Shown here in pieces: positions 8,351-14,058 of a stretch of 36,114 bases of DNA (position 1 is its first letter; every line of letters starts with the position of its first letter). The notes beneath the pieces were generated by a model that was given only the letters and a program-made list of their open reading frames with translations, was not told the origin of the DNA and made no database searches. Source of the DNA: a virus. Taxonomy: Duplodnaviria > Caudoviricetes. The stretch is taken from positions 1 through 36,114 of the IMG/VR virus record IMGVR_UViG_3300033406_000024, one strand, 5' to 3'. The position numbers were made by a program, and so were the translations under genes.

Positions 8351-8763
8351 TGTTTTAAAATTATTGCAAGACTTCGAAAAAGTTAACATTCTTGTCGGGA
8401 AAAAATGTATGTACTGCAAAGCGAATGCTGATGGATTTTCAATGAAACATTACCCTGATTGCGAATTAAAACTGGCAATTGACGATTTAAGCCCCAAAAG
8501 TGACCACGCCCAAGAGAATCAGGTGGGTGCAATGGGTATTTCTGCAACAAGGAGGTCTGACGATGCTGATCGACAGCGTAGAACTTCTCAAACGCTAATT
8601 CGAGCGTTGGAACAGGAGGCGACCGGCAATGTCAAGTAAAACATATTGGGAAAACCTCTTTAAAAGAATAAGGGAAATGCCAGACGAAGAATTTGCCGAG
8701 TGGGTTAAAAAGGCTGAAGATATGCCGGAATTATTCGCGGTAGAAAAGGAGGCGACCGGCAAT
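8328..8763 (+). repeat. Three copies of AGGAGGCGACCGGCAAT at successive gene junctions
   Basis: Exact 17-mer at 8328-8344, 8614-8630, 8747-8763. Confidence 0.95.
8343..8639 (+). CDS. Hypothetical protein with CxxC...HxxxC
   Basis: Starts inside junction repeat; CMYC...HYPDC. Confidence 0.7.
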   Translation: MPNVLKLLQDFEKVNILVGKKCMYCKANADGFSMKHYPDCELKLAIDDLSPKSDHAQENQVGAMGISATRRSDDADRQRRTSQTLIRALEQEATGNVK

Positions 8764-8778
8764 ACAAAAACTGACTAA
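8629..8778 (+). CDS. Hypothetical protein, 49 aa
   Basis: Starts inside second repeat; MSSKTYWENLFKRIREMPDEEFAEW...EATGNTKTD. Confidence 0.7.
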   Translation: MSSKTYWENLFKRIREMPDEEFAEWVKKAEDMPELFAVEKEATGNTKTD

Positions 8779-8875
8779 CATAATATACCACCTGCTATGC
8801 ACTCCGCCCGGTTGGCTTGCGCTGATCGGTGCGAGTGTAGCAGTGGCAGTAGCGATAAAGGGGAGATGAGTAAAC

Positions 8876-10045
8876 ATGAACAAATTTAAACCGGATAATA
8901 CAAGATTGCCTATTTATAATTGGGCGACTGAACTCGAAGAAACTGCAAAACAGCAAATCTATAATCTTGCAAATTTACCGTTTGCATATCATCATGTAGC
9001 ACTTATGCCGGACTGTCATATGGGTTATGGTATGCCGATAGGCGGCGTATTAGCAGCTGAAAATGTTATTATTCCAAATGCCGTAGGCGTAGATATAGGC
9101 TGTGGAATGATAGCTGTTCGTACAAGCGCAAAAGAAATTACGGAAGAGCAGATAAAAAAAATAATCGGTAAGGCAAGAGAAGTAATCCCCGTTGGGTTTC
9201 AACATCATAAGGAAAAACAGGAGAGCCAAGTATTTGATCATGCACCGTTACATATTCCAATTATCAAACAAGAGATAGAATCGGCTAAATATCAAATTGG
9301 AACGCTTGGCGGCGGTAATCATTTTTTAGAGATACAGCAAGGCGACGACGGCTATATATGGTTAATGATTCACTCGGGCAGTCGTAACCTCGGTAAAAAG
9401 GTATGTGATCTCTATAATAAGTTAGCCACTAATAATAACAAAGAATACTACTCAAGTGTACCGGCTGATTGGGATTTAGCATTTTTACCTTTTCCATCTC
9501 TATCGGCGCAGGAATACTGTGAGGCTATGGAGTTTTGCCTTTTATTTGCTTTTGCGAACCGTGGTAAAATGATGGGCCGTTTAGCCGAAATATTTTACGA
9601 TGTAACAGGGCATGCCGAAGAGGAACATATCAATATTCACCACAATTACGCCTCGATTGAAAATCACTATGGCAAAAATGTATGGGTTCATCGTAAAGGT
9701 GCAATTAGGATGCGTGAAGGGGATATTGGTATTATTCCAGGAAGCATGGGAACGTCATCGTATATTGTTAGGGGCTTAGGAAATAGAGAAGCGTTTATGT
9801 CCGCATCACATGGTGCTGGACGAAGAATGAGCCGAAATGAAGCCGATAAAACGATAACCGAAGAACAGGCAAATAGGTCGATGGATGGGGTTGTTTTTGG
9901 TCGGTGGGGTAAAAATCGTAAAGGCGGTCTTGACCTGTCAGAATGCCCGTTAGCATACAAAAATATTGAAGAAGTAATAAGTAACGAAGCAGATTTGGTA
10001 GAGCCTATTGTAAAATTAATACCTCTTGGTGTGATGAAAGGATAA
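8876..10045 (+). CDS. rtcB: RtcB family RNA 3'-phosphate/5'-OH ligase
   Basis: MPDCH.G..PIG, VGVDIGCG, GTLGGGNHF, HSGSR, HHNY, HRKGA, PGSMG, SHGAGR, E..AYK all present. Confidence 0.97.
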   Translation: MNKFKPDNTRLPIYNWATELEETAKQQIYNLANLPFAYHHVALMPDCHMGYGMPIGGVLAAENVIIPNAVGVDIGCGMIAVRTSAKEITEEQIKKIIGKAREVIPVGFQHHKEKQESQVFDHAPLHIPIIKQEIESAKYQIGTLGGGNHFLEIQQGDDGYIWLMIHSGSRNLGKKVCDLYNKLATNNNKEYYSSVPADWDLAFLPFPSLSAQEYCEAMEFCLLFAFANRGKMMGRLAEIFYDVTGHAEEEHINIHHNYASIENHYGKNVWVHRKGAIRMREGDIGIIPGSMGTSSYIVRGLGNREAFMSASHGAGRRMSRNEADKTITEEQANRSMDGVVFGRWGKNRKGGLDLSECPLAYKNIEEVISNEADLVEPIVKLIPLGVMKG

Positions 10046-10059
10046 GGGGGCGTGAGGTA

Positions 10060-10377
10060 ATGGGTAAGTGGCGTAAAAAGCCTGTAGTGGTTGAAGCGGA
10101 AGTATACAAGCCGGGTATGGAAGATGGCTATACAGAATATTGTGGATGGTATGAAACACCAAGTACCAGGATGCCGTGTGGTAAAGACCATGCCTGTGCA
10201 ATATGCGCTAGGGAGCACCATTATTATCGGCCATACATAAATACACTCGAGGGGCGGCATTACATTACCTCTACAGACTATATAGTGACCGGGATAAAAG
10301 GCGAAAGATACCCAGTAAAAAACGATATATTCCATGCGACGTATGAAAGGGCAGAGGAGGCGGCAAGTAGTGACTAA
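10060..10377 (+). CDS. Phage 'RKKPVVVEA' family protein with Cys/His-rich insertion
   Basis: RKKPVVVEA...INTLEG...DYIVTGIKGERYPVKNDIFHATYE. Confidence 0.8.
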   Translation: MGKWRKKPVVVEAEVYKPGMEDGYTEYCGWYETPSTRMPCGKDHACAICAREHHYYRPYINTLEGRHYITSTDYIVTGIKGERYPVKNDIFHATYERAEEAASSD

Positions 10378-10666
10378 GGATGAAATATTGGCAATGGATT
10401 TTACTACGCCAATAGGAGGTACAGTCGGAAAGTTTACCAAGGTTATAAAAGAAGAATTTGAAAAATTTATAAAAAATTACCCAAATAAATTAGATAAAGA
10501 CTATAACATGATTTTTGAACCACCACATTTAATGTATTACGATTTCACATCAGGCGAAGGGTATAGTGCTACAGTGGCCTATATTTCATTAGATAGTGAA
10601 TACAATAAGGCATTTAATGATGAATATTACATACGGAGTAGCATGTATGCGATGCAGAAGTATTAA
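10370..10666 (+). CDS. Hypothetical protein
   Basis: GAGGAGG RBS with GTG at 10370; AT-rich. Confidence 0.65.
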   Translation: MTKDEILAMDFTTPIGGTVGKFTKVIKEEFEKFIKNYPNKLDKDYNMIFEPPHLMYYDFTSGEGYSATVAYISLDSEYNKAFNDEYYIRSSMYAMQKY

Positions 10667-10679
10667 GGGGAGGCCAGCA

Positions 10680-10979
10680 ATGATAAAGACCAGTAGATGT
10701 AAGCAAGTACAAAAGGTCGTTCAACATTATATCAGGCGACAAATACCTTTTACTCTTAAAGGAATTAAATTAAAAGTAAGCCGTTCGATAGATTTACGGA
10801 GAACGGACAACGTGAGAATTATGAATTGTTGTTTTAAGCCAGCTAATAGCAAACGACATAAAAGGACGATAGGGATAAAGATAACGGATAATAAAATTAA
10901 AAGAATTGAATTTCCTATGTTTGTTGTTTCAGAGCAACAATATAATGATGGCTGTATAGCAGAAAATTCATTTTTTTAA
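10680..10979 (+). CDS. Basic hypothetical protein
   Basis: GGGAGG RBS with ATG at 10680. Confidence 0.6.
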   Translation: MIKTSRCKQVQKVVQHYIRRQIPFTLKGIKLKVSRSIDLRRTDNVRIMNCCFKPANSKRHKRTIGIKITDNKIKRIEFPMFVVSEQQYNDGCIAENSFF

Positions 10980-11002
10980 GGGCGGATAATACCGCCCTGT
11001 TT
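10979..11002 (+). terminator. Hairpin, possible weak terminator
   Basis: AGGGCGG-ATAATA-CCGCCCT followed by GTTT. Confidence 0.4.
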
Positions 11003-11021
11003 GGCGTTGGGAGGGGATAAC

Positions 11022-11366
11022 ATGCAAATTATAGTAGATGGCGTAAGGGTGACATATACGGATGATATTAGCGATAAAGAGGCTACACAGTACGCGCTCG
11101 ATGAGATTGCCGAGTGGAAGGGACAGCATAAGCAAATTGATTGGATGATGATTAAACTTGATGGGGATGAGGCTGTGATTGAGGCGCATGAGCGGTCACC
11201 GATTAGGAGGATCCGCCGAATTACCGGTTACTTATCCGAGGTTAGCAACTTTAATGATGGTAAACGTGCGGAACTTATAGACCGCACCAACCAAGACAAC
11301 CAGGAATATAACTACCCGTCAGATAGAGAGCGGTATTTAGAGAGACAAGCATTGCTAGGAGACTGA
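11022..11366 (+). CDS. Stand-alone NrdD (class III RNR) C-terminal glycyl-radical domain protein, 114 aa
   Basis: RIRRITGYLS...FNDGKRAELIDR matches the NrdD C-terminus; own GGGAGGGG RBS; no catalytic barrel. Confidence 0.8.
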   Translation: MQIIVDGVRVTYTDDISDKEATQYALDEIAEWKGQHKQIDWMMIKLDGDEAVIEAHERSPIRRIRRITGYLSEVSNFNDGKRAELIDRTNQDNQEYNYPSDRERYLERQALLGD

Positions 11367-11565
11367 TTGATTTTGTGGGGAGGGGTTAGCGTGGTTAAGA
11401 TGTGGTGCATAATGACGGTTAGCTTTTTCATAGGGATAACGTTACTTAAATTTATTTTGGGATTACCTATAGAGGGTTGGGCACTTATGTTAATAGGCGG
11501 TACGGTAGCATTTGCCAGTACAGCATTCGCGGAGTTTATTGATTGATTGATTTTATGGGGAGGGG
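11361..11565 (+). repeat. 25-bp direct repeat (2 mismatches), 180 bp apart
   Basis: GACTGATTGATTTTGTGGGGAGGGG (11361-11385) and GATTGATTGATTTTATGGGGAGGGG (11541-11565). Confidence 0.9.
11391..11546 (+). CDS. Two-TM membrane microprotein, 51 aa
   Basis: MVKMWCIMTVSFFIGITLLKFILGLPIEGWALMLIGGTVAFASTAFAEFID with strong RBS. Confidence 0.7.
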   Translation: MVKMWCIMTVSFFIGITLLKFILGLPIEGWALMLIGGTVAFASTAFAEFID

Positions 11566-11573
11566 CTTACCTT

Positions 11574-12056
11574 ATGGATAGACAAGCTAAAAAGAAAGTT
11601 GCACAGTGGTTATACTCGATACCCCGGACTGAGTTGGCAATAAAGAACTTAGAGGATTCGCTAGAAGCGCTTACTGATCGGCTACAAACGCCACCAACGT
11701 GGATGAGTAACCCTGATGCGCTGGGAGTTATGGGCGGTAGCGAGGGAAGCAGACAAGAAACATGGGTAGAGTTTTTGGACGCATATCCGGCAAGGAAATC
11801 ATTCTTAGAGGACAAGCTAGAGCAGCACAAGCGAAAGGTAAAGCTGTACTACGACACTCTGGATGTTATGCAAACAGAGAATTGGGGCAGTTTAGGTCGG
11901 GAAATTGTGGAGTATAAATATTACAGGCACGTACAGCCTGACTTAAAAATATATTCGCTATTGCTATTCTGCGCTCAGCCAACATATTACCGGATATTGG
12001 ACAGGGCATTACGATTCTTCCATGATGTTTTGCCGGGAGAGATGATAGTTTCATGA
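11574..12056 (+). CDS. RinA/ArpU-like late transcriptional activator
   Basis: Last early gene; coiled coil then REIVEYKY...PTYYRILDRAL C-terminal HTH-like end. Confidence 0.7.
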   Translation: MDRQAKKKVAQWLYSIPRTELAIKNLEDSLEALTDRLQTPPTWMSNPDALGVMGGSEGSRQETWVEFLDAYPARKSFLEDKLEQHKRKVKLYYDTLDVMQTENWGSLGREIVEYKYYRHVQPDLKIYSLLLFCAQPTYYRILDRALRFFHDVLPGEMIVS

Positions 12057-12086
12057 GAGTAAATTAAGCAAAATACCTGATATTAT
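12042..12086 (+). promoter_or_regulatory. Activator-dependent late promoter
   Basis: ATGATAGT/ATGAGAGT direct repeat with 11-bp period at activator 3' end; extended -10 TGaTATTAT; no good -35. Confidence 0.55.
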
Positions 12087-12186
12087 AGGGATGTAGAACG
12101 ATTGTTCATTACTACCTTCCTCGCTTTTGGGGCTTCGGCCCCGTTGTGTATTCAGCGGAAGCTATTAAATATAAGGACGTGTTAAT

Positions 12187-12609
12187 GTGAAAAAGTATAT
12201 TGGCGTTAAGATTATTCAAGCTGAACCCGCCAAGTCAACTAAACACGCTGGGAACCATAAACCTGGCGAAGATGGCTATAAAGTAGTATACCCAGACGGT
12301 TACGAAAGCTGGTCACCCAAAGATGTATTTGAGGAAGCGTATCGCAAAATTGATGGTATGACGTTTGGCTTGGCTATTGAAGCGGTAAAACAAGGCAAGA
12401 AAGCTTGCCGCAAAGGATGGAATGGCAAGAAACAGTATATTGAGCTTGCGACAAACGTTAGCTATATTAACCCAGCAGGGAACATCGCGAACGTAGATCA
12501 TGAGCAGATGGGAAACAAAGCGATTGCGTTTGTAGGAACTAGCGGCGTTCAGCTTGGATGGTTGGCAAGTCAAGCTGATATATTATCTGAGGATTGGCAA
12601 ATAGTATAA
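12187..12609 (+). CDS. Two-domain protein: N-terminal KYIGxK...SWSPKDVF domain plus C-terminal DUF2829 (Tad2-like)
   Basis: MTFGLAIEAVKQGKKACRKGWNGK...GWLASQADILSEDW is the DUF2829 signature. Confidence 0.85.
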   Translation: MKKYIGVKIIQAEPAKSTKHAGNHKPGEDGYKVVYPDGYESWSPKDVFEEAYRKIDGMTFGLAIEAVKQGKKACRKGWNGKKQYIELATNVSYINPAGNIANVDHEQMGNKAIAFVGTSGVQLGWLASQADILSEDWQIV

Positions 12610-12616
12610 ACATTAG

Positions 12617-12645
12617 AGGTTCTGCATTAGTGCAGGACCTTTTTT
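12617..12645 (+). terminator. Rho-independent terminator
   Basis: AGGTTCTGCA-TTAG-TGCAGGACCT then TTTTT. Confidence 0.8.
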
Positions 12646-12660
12646 ATTTGAGGTGATAAT

Positions 12661-12834
12661 ATGCCGACAGTAGAATGTGACCGCCGCGACTGTGAGCATC
12701 ACGGCATAGACAATTGCACAGCTAAAAGGGTGAAGTTAGTCAAGGGACAGTGTACCGAGTATGAGCCGAGAGGTAGTACGGCACTCAACCATGAGCCTGT
12801 GAGGCAAGGGCGCAGGAATGGGGTGCTGAGGTAA
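12661..12834 (+). CDS. DUF1540-like four-Cys protein, 57 aa
   Basis: GAGGTG RBS; VECDRRDCEHHGIDNCTA...CTEY. Confidence 0.65.
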   Translation: MPTVECDRRDCEHHGIDNCTAKRVKLVKGQCTEYEPRGSTALNHEPVRQGRRNGVLR

Positions 12835-12880
12835 GTCGCACTTAGGAGCCTGCTCTGTTAGCAGACTCAGGGGAGGGACG

Positions 12881-13192
12881 ATGTTGACCAAACCAAAACG
12901 GATTGTTGATAAAAAGTTAATCAACAATATGACCGGCGGCTATTGTGAGTATTGCGGCAGACAGGCATATGGGCAACCACATCATATTAAGACGGTAGGC
13001 AGCGGCGGCCCTGATATAAAAGAGAATTTAATACAACTAAGCTGTAGCGATTGTTGCCACGACAAAGCACACCGAGGGCTAATACCTAAGGCTGTGCTTT
13101 TTGCTATTGTGGCGCGGCGTGAAGGGGTTACGCCAGAGGAGTGCAGGAGGAGAGTATATGACAATAGCAGATTGGATGTTTGCGTATCCTGA
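12881..13192 (+). CDS. HNH endonuclease
   Basis: CEYCG...HHIK..GSGG.D..ENLIQL.C..CH..AH. Confidence 0.85.
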   Translation: MLTKPKRIVDKKLINNMTGGYCEYCGRQAYGQPHHIKTVGSGGPDIKENLIQLSCSDCCHDKAHRGLIPKAVLFAIVARREGVTPEECRRRVYDNSRLDVCVS

Positions 13193-13247
13193 CAGAACCT
13201 TTTTAATATTAATAGTGTTTGCTGTTGGTAATTGGTTTAGGCGGTGA
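13158..13247 (+). CDS. Hydrophobic micropeptide, 29 aa
   Basis: AGGAGG RBS; MTIADWMFAYPDRTFLILIVFAVGNWFRR. Confidence 0.45.
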   Translation: MTIADWMFAYPDRTFLILIVFAVGNWFRR

Positions 13248-13251
13248 GATT

Positions 13252-13455
13252 ATGCTAACTGATGAACAAATAGCAGAGCGCGACCCTGCTCTATTGCAGC
13301 AACGATTACTATTGATAGAGCGTGAGATTGAGCAGATAGGGCCGGAGTTGATTAAGGCGAAGATGAAGTCAACCGAATGCGACTTCAAGCTAAAAATTCT
13401 AAAGGAGCGCAAGTCAGCATTGCAGAGTACGCTTAAATCTGTTAGCCAATTTTAG
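13252..13455 (+). CDS. Coiled-coil hypothetical protein
   Basis: ORF track, ATG at 13252. Confidence 0.65.
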   Translation: MLTDEQIAERDPALLQQRLLLIEREIEQIGPELIKAKMKSTECDFKLKILKERKSALQSTLKSVSQF

Positions 13456-13501
13456 TTTTACGGTATTTACAAGGCTTTACAGCATGAAATGAGGTGATGA
13501 C

Positions 13502-13933
13502 ATGGCTAGTATCAACAAAATAGACAGTTTAGGGCTAGGCGAGTATATACTACAATTGGCTGGTGAGGGCAAAGGTAGCCGTGAAATCTCTACTATACTT
13601 GACACTGTAAAGGGTGTAAAAATATCTCACGCAAGTGTAAATAGTTGGCTAAAGTCGGTTCGACAGGAACGAGCAGAGACAACTAAGGCCGTTGTACAGG
13701 AAACAATCAAGGCTACAGTGCCACGTGACCTGCAAATATTAGATGAGCAAATAATGCAGTTGGATGGCTGGCGTAAAGATGAAACTTTGAAAATTAGTGA
13801 TCGACTACAGATTATTAGAGAGCAACGCGCGACCATTTCAGTTAAATTAGACAAGAGTGGTGCAAATGAAAATGATATTAGTGACTTTGCAACCGCTTTG
13901 CAAGCGGCACGAGAGAGGGCCAAAAATGTATAA
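13502..13933 (+). CDS. Terminase small subunit (HTH)
   Basis: GSREIS..L...GVKISHASVNSWL HTH; directly upstream of terL; FATALQAARER tail. Confidence 0.7.
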   Translation: MASINKIDSLGLGEYILQLAGEGKGSREISTILDTVKGVKISHASVNSWLKSVRQERAETTKAVVQETIKATVPRDLQILDEQIMQLDGWRKDETLKISDRLQIIREQRATISVKLDKSGANENDISDFATALQAARERAKNV

Positions 13934-13953
13934 AAAGTCCACGGCACACAGAC

Positions 13954-14048
13954 TTTTTGCATAAAAACAGTAATATGTAAACTACTTTTACAAGTAGCGT
14001 TGTAGACCAAGGGTTTGTGAGTTGTCATAATCACTTATTATCGGACGT
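13954..14048. other. Two inverted dif-like (XerC/XerD) sites
   Basis: Minus 14020-14048 ACGTCCGATAA-TAAGTGA-TTATGACAACT; plus 13954-13983 TTTTTGCATAA-AAACAGTA-ATATGTAAACT. Confidence 0.55.
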
Positions 14049-14058
14049 TGGTGAAGTT

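Noticed and set aside
8328-8763. 17-bp repeats as a CRISPR array
   Set aside because: Repeats are too short, spacing is 286 and 133 bp, intervals are coding, and no cas genes are present
11022-11366. nrdD pseudogene
   Set aside because: It has a clean RBS, start and stop, and no upstream nrdD remnants are visible
12129-12142. UUCG hairpin as a terminator
   Set aside because: No downstream U tract on either strand
12090-12180. tRNA gene after the late promoter or near rtcB
   Set aside because: No cloverleaf, GTTCRA T-loop or CCA end could be found by eye
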